Source: Paludibacteraceae bacterium (GTDB lineage Bacteria; Bacteroidota; Bacteroidia; Bacteroidales; Paludibacteraceae). From it: DNA of 64,000 nucleotides. Positions 1 through 7,193 of this stretch are shown here, one piece after another; within the stretch, counting starts at the first letter, position 1, and each line of letters begins with the position of its first letter. A program made the position numbers and the translations under genes. The notes under the pieces were generated by a model. The model was not told the origin of the DNA and made no database searches. It saw only the letters and a program-made list of their open reading frames with translations. Location: positions 4,742 to 68,741 of the forward strand of contig JBJECK010000036.1 of the NCBI GenBank assembly GCA_051870995.1. The letters are read 5' to 3'.

Positions 1-1
1 T

Positions 2-982
2 CTTACTGTAGAAAACAACGACAAAGAGGCTAAATGCAATGTAAAATCACCGACCGAGATTGTTTGGACATGGGATGAGGTAGAGATCACACCCTCCAAT
101 TGGTTCAAATTCAAAGACTTTGTTACCGGCTGGAAAATCGTCTTGGACGATGCAAATATGGTAAAAGCACACACCAACATGGGTGCACGCGATGACGATC
201 CTACCAAGTTGATTAATGGTACCGGTAACTTACCTAATGTAGAGAAATCAGGTTTCTACAAAATTACTTTGACTTACAATTTAGCAAAAGGCAATGTAGG
301 CGATAGTTACTCTTATACTATCGAACTTGTACGGGAGAGCGATGCAAAAGATTACAGCCTGTGCGAACTGGAATTGGTAGGTACGGCTGTTGTTGACGGT
401 GTCAAAGACGAATCTTCGTGGTCGTGGGGCAATGTGCTTTCTATCGGTACACCCGCCGTTCCTAATGCTGGCAAAGTATACATATGGTTTGCATACAACG
501 TAAACCTCAAAGCCGGTGAAGAATTTAAGATTCGTACCCTCAATGCAGCAGAAAGCGGTGGAATCGCTGCTTTTGACAATGGAGTAAACCTGAAAGTAGA
601 AACGGATGGATTATACGATATCATCTTCCGTATTGACGCTGCTACCGACTTGAGAAGTGATAGTATCTTCCTTGCTCCGGAAAATACTACAATTATCGAC
701 ATCACTGCTACTGTTACAGGTTGGGAAAATCCTGTATATGTCTGGACTTGGAATAATAATCCCATATATGCAGACCATTTCCTTCCCTGTGTAAAACAAG
801 CAGATGGTTCTTGGAAGTTCCAATATCGTTTGGATGCTGCCGCGTATAGTCAACCGGGCGGTTGCATGGTAAACGGCGCAGCATGGGGCAAAGGGCAGAC
901 TTCCGATATGGATCTTTCCAAATCTGCCAATTACACTATCACCGGCAACGGTACCGAGAAAGTTGATGCTGTAGAACTATAA
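2..982 (+). CDS. SusE/SusF-like surface glycan (starch)-binding lipoprotein, C-terminal part; the 5' end lies outside the window
   Basis: The frame of the 143..982 ORF stays open back to base 2, so the gene is cut by the window edge. Beta-rich, Trp/Tyr-rich modules (GWENPVYVWTWNNN...) look like the CBM-like domains of SusE/F proteins. An SLC45-type sugar transporter lies nearby, as in Bacteroidota starch loci. The family call is by eye only. Confidence 0.45.
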   Translation, partial: LTVENNDKEAKCNVKSPTEIVWTWDEVEITPSNWFKFKDFVTGWKIVLDDANMVKAHTNMGARDDDPTKLINGTGNLPNVEKSGFYKITLTYNLAKGNVGDSYSYTIELVRESDAKDYSLCELELVGTAVVDGVKDESSWSWGNVLSIGTPAVPNAGKVYIWFAYNVNLKAGEEFKIRTLNAAESGGIAAFDNGVNLKVETDGLYDIIFRIDAATDLRSDSIFLAPENTTIIDITATVTGWENPVYVWTWNNNPIYADHFLPCVKQADGSWKFQYRLDAAAYSQPGGCMVNGAAWGKGQTSDMDLSKSANYTITGNGTEKVDAVEL

Positions 983-1041
983 TAGCCAACGCCGGTACAG
1001 GCTCTATCCAATAAGAGTTACTGCTACAAACATAACAAAAA

Positions 1042-1069
1042 AGCGTATCAAACATGATACGCTTTTTTG
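1042..1069. terminator. Bidirectional intrinsic terminator between the SusE/F-like gene and the convergent ATPase gene
   Basis: A 9-bp stem agcgtatca/tgatacgct with a 4-nt loop is flanked by an A-run (1036..1041) and a T-run (1064..1069). Confidence 0.65.
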
Positions 1070-1073
1070 TTTA

Positions 1074-1107
1074 AGTGTATATCTATCTGACGATTTCACA
1101 TATAGTA
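1074..1107. repeat. 34-nt direct repeat, copy 1 (33 nt past the ATPase stop)
   Basis: agtgtatatctatcTgacgatttcacatatagta is 33/34 identical to 2392..2425 in the same orientation. Confidence 0.9.
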
Positions 1108-1140
1108 ATAAGGAAAAAAATCACAATCTCTCCCCTACAT

Positions 1141-2391
1141 TCAGATTTGCACCTTGTCCAACAGAAAATCGTAAATATTCAGCATCAGAATCCCATCCTC
1201 ATCTTGGTAAGTAGGTTGCAGACCGCCCGTAATCACCACTTTACGGAAATTGTCGTGTATCAAGCGGAGCGAACGCAATTCCTGCTCCCGTTTTTCCTGT
1301 GTCGGCAGTGCAAACGCCGATTGGATATAAACGCGCTGATAGCCCTCGTTGCATACAAAATCCACCTCCATCTGCTGCCGGACGCTTTTGCCCTCTGCAT
1401 TACGGGTGTTTTGGCTCACCTGCCCCACATCCACCGAGTAGCCACGTCGGCACAATTCGTTGAACAACAGATTTTCCATCAGGTGCGTTTGCTCTGTCTG
1501 TCGGAAATTCAGTCGCGCGTTGCGCAGACCCAAGTCCTCGAAATAGTACTTGGCGGGAGTCTCAATATACTTACGTCCTTTCACATCGTATCGGATGGCT
1601 TTCCGTATCAGAAAAGCGTCCTGCATGTAGTCCAAATACTGCTTGATGGTAGCCGAACTGATTTTGCTCTGCTTTACGGAGCGGAAAGTATTCTGTATCT
1701 TCAGAGGGTTGGTCAGACTGCCGATACCGCTCGCCACCATATCAACCAAATCTTCCAATTCACTGTCCAGCAAGATTTCGTACCGCTCTTTGATGTCCCT
1801 GAGATAGGTATTCAGAAACAACTGTTGCAAGTAGTCTTTCCGTTCCTGCGGGCTTTCTATGGTCGCTACCTGCGGCAAACCTCCGTATTGCATATACTCG
1901 CCCAGTGTCTGCTCCATGTACATCGTGTCGCGCGTAGTGACAAACTCGCGGAAAGAGAGGGGATAGACGTGCATCTCGTCGCCTCTTCCGCGAAACTCGG
2001 TAATCACATCTTTGGACAGGAAGCGCGCATTCGACCCCGTAACATACACATCCGCATTCGGCACATGCAGATAACTGTTCAGCACATCCTCGAACTCCGC
2101 CACCATCTGCACCTCGTCCAGCAGGATATAGTGCATCTGCGAATCTTTAATCTGCGCATCTATATACGCCAACAGGTTGTCCGGATTGCGCAAAGCATTG
2201 TTGCGCCGGTCTTCCAAGTTGATTTTCACGATATGGTCTGCAGCAGTACCTTCCGCCTGCAGTCTGTTGGCAAACAACTCGAACAGCAAGTACGATTTGC
2301 CCACACGGCGCATACCTGTAACCACTTTTATCCTGCCATTGTGCCGCTTGCTCCACAATTTGTCCAAATAAAAATCCCGCTTTATTTCCAT
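1141..2391 (-). CDS. AAA+ ATPase with C-terminal DUF4143 domain (COG1373 family)
   Basis: 416-aa ORF with Walker A GMRRVGKS near the N-terminus and Walker B ILLDEVQ. The overall sequence is typical of the multi-copy Bacteroidales ATP-binding protein family with DUF4143. Confidence 0.85.
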   Translation of the reverse strand: MEIKRDFYLDKLWSKRHNGRIKVVTGMRRVGKSYLLFELFANRLQAEGTAADHIVKINLEDRRNNALRNPDNLLAYIDAQIKDSQMHYILLDEVQMVAEFEDVLNSYLHVPNADVYVTGSNARFLSKDVITEFRGRGDEMHVYPLSFREFVTTRDTMYMEQTLGEYMQYGGLPQVATIESPQERKDYLQQLFLNTYLRDIKERYEILLDSELEDLVDMVASGIGSLTNPLKIQNTFRSVKQSKISSATIKQYLDYMQDAFLIRKAIRYDVKGRKYIETPAKYYFEDLGLRNARLNFRQTEQTHLMENLLFNELCRRGYSVDVGQVSQNTRNAEGKSVRQQMEVDFVCNEGYQRVYIQSAFALPTQEKREQELRSLRLIHDNFRKVVITGGLQPTYQDEDGILMLNIYDFLLDKVQI

Positions 2392-2425
2392 AGTGTATAT
2401 CTATCCGACGATTTCACATATAGTA
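2392..2425. repeat. 34-nt direct repeat, copy 2 (abuts the ATPase start codon)
   Basis: agtgtatatctatcCgacgatttcacatatagta lies directly adjacent to the ATG (complement of 2389..2391). Confidence 0.9.
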
Positions 2426-2495
2426 TTTAGTAGCAACATATTAGTAGTATATACTCATCTCACATCACATACCATCCATTTTCATCACACACCAC

Positions 2496-2537
2496 CCATT
2501 TCAAATTTTTGCGTATTGCGACAGAAATTTGAAATGG
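2496..2537. repeat. Palindromic element, copy A (13-bp arms, 16-nt loop)
   Basis: ccatttcaaattt-ttgcgtattgcgacag-aaatttgaaatgg has perfectly complementary arms. Confidence 0.85.
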
Positions 2538-2612
2538 TTTTTTCATCATTTCTTGCCTACGTATATACTTACGGCCGCAAAAATACAGATATTTTACGAC
2601 ATATCCAAATAT

Positions 2613-2652
2613 CCATTTCAAATTTTTGCATATTGCTACAAAAATTTGAAAT
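2613..2652. repeat. Palindromic element, copy B (11-bp arms)
   Basis: ccatttcaaattt-ttgcatattgctaca-aaaatttgaaat is near-identical to copy A and lies 117 nt downstream in the same orientation. Confidence 0.85.
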
Positions 2653-2786
2653 AACAATCACATACACTTCCGGAAAATAAGCAAGTAGATCATAGTTACA
2701 TCCCAAACATTTCGAGGATAGCAGAAAAACAGGCAAAAAAACTTGCATAACTCAGTTACCATCCCGGACACAACCAGTACACCCCG

Positions 2787-2871
2787 CCTTTATTGCGTCT
2801 TTTTTGCCCTTTATCAACCTTTTTCGGGCTTTTTGGAGTGTCTATAAAGGCAAAAAAAGACGCAATAAAGG
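2787..2871. repeat. Long inverted repeat (about 28-nt arms, 29-nt loop) downstream of the MFS transporter gene
   Basis: cctttattgcgtcttttttgccctttat (2787..2814) pairs with ataaaggcaaaaaaagacgcaataaagg (2844..2871) with one indel. A third partial copy, ataaagagcaaaaagacgc, lies at 2885..2903. Confidence 0.85.
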
Positions 2872-2998
2872 GGAAACAGCCCCGATAAAGAGCAAAAAGA
2901 CGCTCTGTAACAGAAAATTTGAACAAAGGCTATCCCGCTAACCAAACAAGGGAGCAAAGACAAACAGTCGGTTGTTTTTGCTCCTGGTTCCCTGCTCC

Positions 2999-4357
2999 TT
3001 ACTCCCTGCTCTTTTTTTCCTTAATCAGCAGGACGGAGGCGGCACCGAGGAGGAGGAGGATACCTGCCACCACGAGCATTCCCGCCTGCGAGTCGTTGCA
3101 GCAGCCTTTGAGCAGTACGCCGCCGAGCAGGGCTGCCACAATCTGCGGCAGGCAGATGGTGCAGTTGAAGAGCCCGAGGAGCGTGCCCATCTTGCTGCTT
3201 CCCTCAATGGCATTGGTGAAGAGCGTGAAAGGCAAAGCGAGCGTCGCCGCCCATGCTGCACCGATGAGTGCGTAACTGAGGAAAAGCAGGTACTGGTTGT
3301 GCACCCAAAAGACTGATATGAATCCTATTCCGCCGACAAGGAGAGAGAGGATATACGCCCCTTTGTTGCCCATCTTATGCTCGATGGCGGGCAGGAGAGC
3401 AGCCCACAAGAGGGAGCCGACTGCCTGCACGGCAAAGCATACACCCACCCAGTTGCCTGCATTCTGAAATGCCTCGGCAGCGGTGTTGGCACCGTCCCAA
3501 CCGAAGCAGAGGGAGGCGATGGCGCCGTTGGAGTAGGTCCACATATACATGAACGCCGCCCAGCAGAAGAACTGCACGAGTCCGATAGTAAGGAAAGCGC
3601 GGATGATACGCCCTGTATCCTCACTGCCTTCCTCCTTGGTCTGCGTTTCCTTAATGCCGTGGAACTCAGCGTACTCCTTGGGGTCCATCTCACGTACGGC
3701 GAAGAACGTATAGAGCACGCAGAGGATAAGGATAGCGGCACCGATGTAGAACGACCACTTGACGGAGTCGGGGATGACGCCCTCGGGTGCGGTATTGGCA
3801 AGCCCAATCCACGTGAAGAAGATGGGGAAGAGGTAGCCTACCAAGGAGCCTGCATTGCAGAGGGCGGACTGGATGGCATAGGCGGTACCTTTCTGCTCCT
3901 CGTTGACCATGTCGCCGACCATCATCTTGAAGGGCTGCATGGCGATATTGATAGAGGTATCAAGAAACATGAGGGAGAACAATCCGAACCACATGGCGGC
4001 ATTGAGCCCGAGGTAAACGCTTTGTTCGAAGGTGAAGTTGCCCGCATTGGGGAGGAGCACCATGACCGCGACGGCAATGACCGCACCTATAAGAAGATAG
4101 AACTTACGTCGTCCGAAGACCGGTCCGAGCCACGTTTTGTCGGATAGAAGCCCGATGAGCGGCTGCACAATCATACCCATGAGGGGCGGCAGGATCCAAA
4201 AGAAACTGAGTTGGTGCGGGTCAGCGCCCAGCGTGGCGAAGATGCGCGAGATGTTGGCAGACTGCAAAGCGTAGGCAATCTGCACGCCGAAGAAGCCGAA
4301 ACTGAGGTTGAACAATTGGGCGAACGAACGGTTGGTCTGTGTCGGGTTGTTTTTCAT
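2999..4357 (-). CDS. MFS sugar transporter, SLC45/GPH-like (probable maltose/maltodextrin-type permease)
   Basis: 452 aa and about 12 predicted TM segments. The N-terminus FAQLFNLSFGFFGVQIAYALQSANISRIF...LSDKT is typical of SLC45-family transporters found in Bacteroidota starch loci. Confidence 0.8.
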   Translation of the reverse strand: MKNNPTQTNRSFAQLFNLSFGFFGVQIAYALQSANISRIFATLGADPHQLSFFWILPPLMGMIVQPLIGLLSDKTWLGPVFGRRKFYLLIGAVIAVAVMVLLPNAGNFTFEQSVYLGLNAAMWFGLFSLMFLDTSINIAMQPFKMMVGDMVNEEQKGTAYAIQSALCNAGSLVGYLFPIFFTWIGLANTAPEGVIPDSVKWSFYIGAAILILCVLYTFFAVREMDPKEYAEFHGIKETQTKEEGSEDTGRIIRAFLTIGLVQFFCWAAFMYMWTYSNGAIASLCFGWDGANTAAEAFQNAGNWVGVCFAVQAVGSLLWAALLPAIEHKMGNKGAYILSLLVGGIGFISVFWVHNQYLLFLSYALIGAAWAATLALPFTLFTNAIEGSSKMGTLLGLFNCTICLPQIVAALLGGVLLKGCCNDSQAGMLVVAGILLLLGAASVLLIKEKKSRE

Positions 4358-4396
4358 TAGTATAGTATGTTTGTTAATATATTTGTCTTTTCCGGG

Positions 4397-4528
4397 GATG
4401 CCCGAGAGTCCGATGAGAGTCCGATAAATTGCCCTCGGGCAACTACCGCATATCCACAGCTTATCTACAGCTTATCCACCGCTGAATTTCCGCTATCGTC
4501 TCGTTATCGTTTCGTCATCACCTTGTGA
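4397..4528. repeat. 11-nt-period degenerate tandem array (12 units) in the 5' leader of the MFS transporter gene
   Basis: The units read gatgcccgaga gtccgatgaga gtccgataaat tgccctcgggc aactaccgcat atccacagctt atctacagctt atccaccgctg aatttccgcta tcgtctcgtta tcgtttcgtca tcaccttgtga. The register never slips. Confidence 0.85.
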
Positions 4529-4538
4529 AACGCGGGTG

Positions 4539-4546
4539 CAAAAATA
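4539..4546 (-). promoter_or_regulatory. Bacteroidota -7 promoter box (TAttTTTG) for the MFS transporter
   Basis: caaaaata on the + strand is TATTTTTG on the - strand. It lies immediately upstream of the 11-nt array, so the array would be transcribed as leader. Confidence 0.45.
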
Positions 4547-4689
4547 GTGTTTTTTTTCGGTATGCACAAGTTTTGCCGTTTTTTCCGTCCAAAATATCCC
4601 CGCATGCGTGCCGTAAAGCGTCCTGACGGGCACAGATGCGTTTTTTTCTTTTTTTCTATCAAAAAGTTTGCAGAACAAAAAAAAACTAC

Positions 4690-4697
4690 TACCTTTG
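4690..4697 (+). promoter_or_regulatory. Bacteroidota -7 promoter box (TAccTTTG) for recQ
   Basis: tacctttg lies 107 nt upstream of the recQ ATG. Confidence 0.5.
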
Positions 4698-4803
4698 CAC
4701 AACCAAAGAGCATTTTTATGCTTTTTTTCTCGTGGCTAATCCGGCTGTCAATCGGGTTGGTAACAAGAAGTAAAACCAATACCTCAAAATCCGTTTTTGT
4801 TAG

Positions 4804-6987
4804 ATGAACGCGACCCACGAACAACTAATCGAAGCACTACAACACTACTTCGGATTCGACACATTCAAAGGCAACCAAGAGGCAATCATTCTCAATGTGA
4901 TGAACGGCAACGACACGTTCGTACTGATGCCTACGGGCGGCGGAAAGAGCCTCTGCTACCAACTTCCGTCGATGCTGATGGAGGGGACTGCTATCGTTAT
5001 CTCTCCCCTGATAGCCCTGATGAAGAACCAGGTAGATGCCATGCGCAACTACTCGGAGGAAGACGGCGTCGCGCACTTTATCAACTCGTCGCTCTCCCGT
5101 CCTGAGATAAATGCGGTCAAAGAGGACGTTATCTCGGGCAAAACGAAATTGCTCTACCTCGCCCCCGAGAGCCTGCAGAAGGCGGAAAACGTCGATTTCC
5201 TGAAGAATGTTACGATTTCGTTCTATGCCGTGGACGAGGCACATTGTATCTCCGAGTGGGGACACGATTTCCGTCCCGAATACGGGCATATCCGCGATAT
5301 GGTGAAGCGTATCGGCAAGGCGCCAATTATCGCCCTGACGGCTACGGCGACCCCGAAGGTGCAGAAAGACATTCAGAAGAACCTTGGCATGCTGGACGCG
5401 ACGGTTTTCAAGAGCTCGTTCAACCGCCCTAACCTCTACTACGAAGTACGCCCCAAGACCAACGACGTCAACAAAGACGTTATCAAATATATCCGCTCCA
5501 TGGAGGGCAAATCGGGCATTATTTATTGTCTCGCGCGCAAGGAGGTGGAAGACCTGGCGCAGACGCTGGTGGTCAACGGTATTTCCGCCCGCCCCTACCA
5601 TGCAGGCATGGACGCAGAGACCCGTAGCGCCAACCAAGACGCGTTTCTCATGGAGGAGTGCCAGGTGATAGTGGCTACCATAGCGTTCGGTATGGGTATC
5701 GACAAACCGGACGTGCGCTTCGTGATACACTACGATATACCAAAGTCGCTCGAGGGCTACTACCAAGAGACCGGGCGCGCCGGACGCGACGGCGGCGAGG
5801 GACAATGTATATGCTTCTACTCGCCCGACGACATAGAGCGCCTGCGCCGTTTCCAGCAGGGCAAGCCCGTCAAGGAGGTGGAAATAGGCAACCAGCTGCT
5901 CTTCGAGACGCAGTCGTATGCCGAATCGACTATCTGCCGCCGCAAACTGCTGATGCACTATTTCGGCGAGGAATATGAGGAGGACAACTGCGGCAACTGC
6001 GACAACTGCAAGAAGAACTACCGCATGATGGACGCCACCGAGCTGGTAGGGCTGATTCTGGAGACTATCGTTCAGGTGAACGAGAAATTCAAGGCGGAGC
6101 ATATCGTGGATATTCTCCACGGCAACGAAACGGCAGCCATAGTGAGCTACAAACATACCGGGCTGGAGAACTTCGGCGCGGCGGCGGATGTGGAAGAATC
6201 CACCCTGCACGCTATCATCCGACAGGCTATGCTCAACGGCTTTATCAATAAGGATATCGACTCCTACGGCGACCTCAAGATGACCTCCGACGGGCGAAAG
6301 TACATGAAGCGCCCCTCGAAGTTCGAAGTGCCAATTGAAGTGCACGACGAAGAGGCGGAGGATATCGACAACAACGTAGCTACCTGCGCCGCCGCAGACG
6401 ACGTGCTCTTCTCTATCCTGAAGGATGTGCGCAAGAAGCTGTCGAAGAAGTGCGACGTACCGCCGTTCGTCATCTTCCAAGACCCTTCGCTGGAGGCGAT
6501 GGCTACTACCTACCCCATCACGATGGAGGAGTTGCTGACCATCCCGGGCGTAGGGCAGAGCAAAGCCAAACGCTACGGCGACGAGTTCCTGCGCGTTATC
6601 AAGGAGTACGTGGACGAGAACGAGATCATCCGCCCCGAGGACCTGCGTATCCGCACTATCGCCAAGAAATCGACCCGCAAGAAGCAAATCATAGCCGCTA
6701 TCGACAGCCGCAAAGACCTCGACGACATCGCCGAATCCTACGGCATATCCATGGAGGAGATGCTGGACGAACTGGAGGCGATTGTCTTCTCCGGCACGAA
6801 GGTGAATATCAACTATTTCATCAAAGAGGTACTCGACCCCGACGAAGAAGAGGAGATTTACGACTATTTCAAGAACGCCGAAAGCGACAGCATCAAGGAC
6901 GCTATGGAAACGCTGGGGGAAGACGACTACGACGAGATACACGTGCGGCTGGTGCGCATCAAGTTCCATTGCGACCTCGGCAACTAA
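4804..6987 (+). CDS. recQ: ATP-dependent DNA helicase RecQ
   Basis: 727 aa with the motifs FGFDTFKGNQ, MPTGGGKSLCYQLP, DEAHCISEWGHDFRPEY and the zinc-binding CGNCDNC. An HRDC-like C-terminus follows. Confidence 0.95.
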   Translation: MNATHEQLIEALQHYFGFDTFKGNQEAIILNVMNGNDTFVLMPTGGGKSLCYQLPSMLMEGTAIVISPLIALMKNQVDAMRNYSEEDGVAHFINSSLSRPEINAVKEDVISGKTKLLYLAPESLQKAENVDFLKNVTISFYAVDEAHCISEWGHDFRPEYGHIRDMVKRIGKAPIIALTATATPKVQKDIQKNLGMLDATVFKSSFNRPNLYYEVRPKTNDVNKDVIKYIRSMEGKSGIIYCLARKEVEDLAQTLVVNGISARPYHAGMDAETRSANQDAFLMEECQVIVATIAFGMGIDKPDVRFVIHYDIPKSLEGYYQETGRAGRDGGEGQCICFYSPDDIERLRRFQQGKPVKEVEIGNQLLFETQSYAESTICRRKLLMHYFGEEYEEDNCGNCDNCKKNYRMMDATELVGLILETIVQVNEKFKAEHIVDILHGNETAAIVSYKHTGLENFGAAADVEESTLHAIIRQAMLNGFINKDIDSYGDLKMTSDGRKYMKRPSKFEVPIEVHDEEAEDIDNNVATCAAADDVLFSILKDVRKKLSKKCDVPPFVIFQDPSLEAMATTYPITMEELLTIPGVGQSKAKRYGDEFLRVIKEYVDENEIIRPEDLRIRTIAKKSTRKKQIIAAIDSRKDLDDIAESYGISMEEMLDELEAIVFSGTKVNINYFIKEVLDPDEEEEIYDYFKNAESDSIKDAMETLGEDDYDEIHVRLVRIKFHCDLGN

Positions 6988-7014
6988 TTATTAATTTGTA
7001 ATTGATAATTGGGC

Positions 7015-7043
7015 AAATCTTAAAAATAGAACATTTTGACCGC
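7015..7043. repeat. 29-nt direct repeat, copy a, flanking the rimO-upstream 11-nt array
   Basis: aaatcttaaaaatagaacattttgaccgc is 26/29 identical to 7120..7148. Confidence 0.85.
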
Positions 7044-7048
7044 TCGCG

Positions 7049-7103
7049 GGTTATACGCGGTCTATGCGCTGGTTATACGCGGTTTATACGCGGTGAATAG
7101 AAT
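7049..7103. repeat. 11-nt-period tandem array (5 units) upstream of rimO
   Basis: The units read ggttatacgcg gtctatgcgct ggttatacgcg gtttatacgcg gtgaatagaat. Confidence 0.85.
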
Positions 7104-7119
7104 GCGCCTGAAAGACCAA

Positions 7120-7148
7120 AAATCTTAATAATCGTACATTTTGACCGC
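7120..7148. repeat. 29-nt direct repeat, copy b
   Basis: aaatcttaataatcgtacattttgaccgc. Confidence 0.85.
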
Positions 7149-7164
7149 ACCGCCCGAAAACGAG

Positions 7165-7187
7165 ATATTAACTATTAATTATTAACT
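7165..7187 (+). promoter_or_regulatory. 23-nt A/T box atattaactattaattattaact, 6 nt upstream of the rimO GTG start
   Basis: It is identical (23/23) to the sequence on the - strand at 45325..45347, which lies 14 nt upstream of the fcl GTG start. Confidence 0.8.
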
Positions 7188-7193
7188 GTCCCC

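Noticed and set aside
2393-2680. The ORFs of 95 aa (+) and 65 aa (-) in the AT-rich spacer, and the 451-aa + strand ORF starting inside direct-repeat copy 1.
   Set aside because: Their starts are generated by the repeats themselves (MYIY.TISHIV from both repeat copies). The sequence is low-complexity and overlaps the palindromic elements.
4837-6969. Very long ORFs antisense to real genes. Examples are 710 aa opposite recQ, 509 aa opposite the ABC-F gene, 470 aa opposite uvrB, 451 aa opposite the AAA+ ATPase, 423 aa opposite the beta-helix gene, 413 aa opposite capD, 377 aa opposite gmd and 356 aa opposite the 38933/DPP-IV genes.
   Set aside because: Where I checked the arithmetic (recQ, the ABC-F gene and uvrB), the antisense ORF is codon-aligned with the sense gene. 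A stop on the antisense strand would then need the sense codons TTA, CTA or TCA, which these genes rarely use. Their translations are low-complexity (L/V/R/H-rich) with no recognisable motifs. This is a codon-usage artefact, not overlapping genes.
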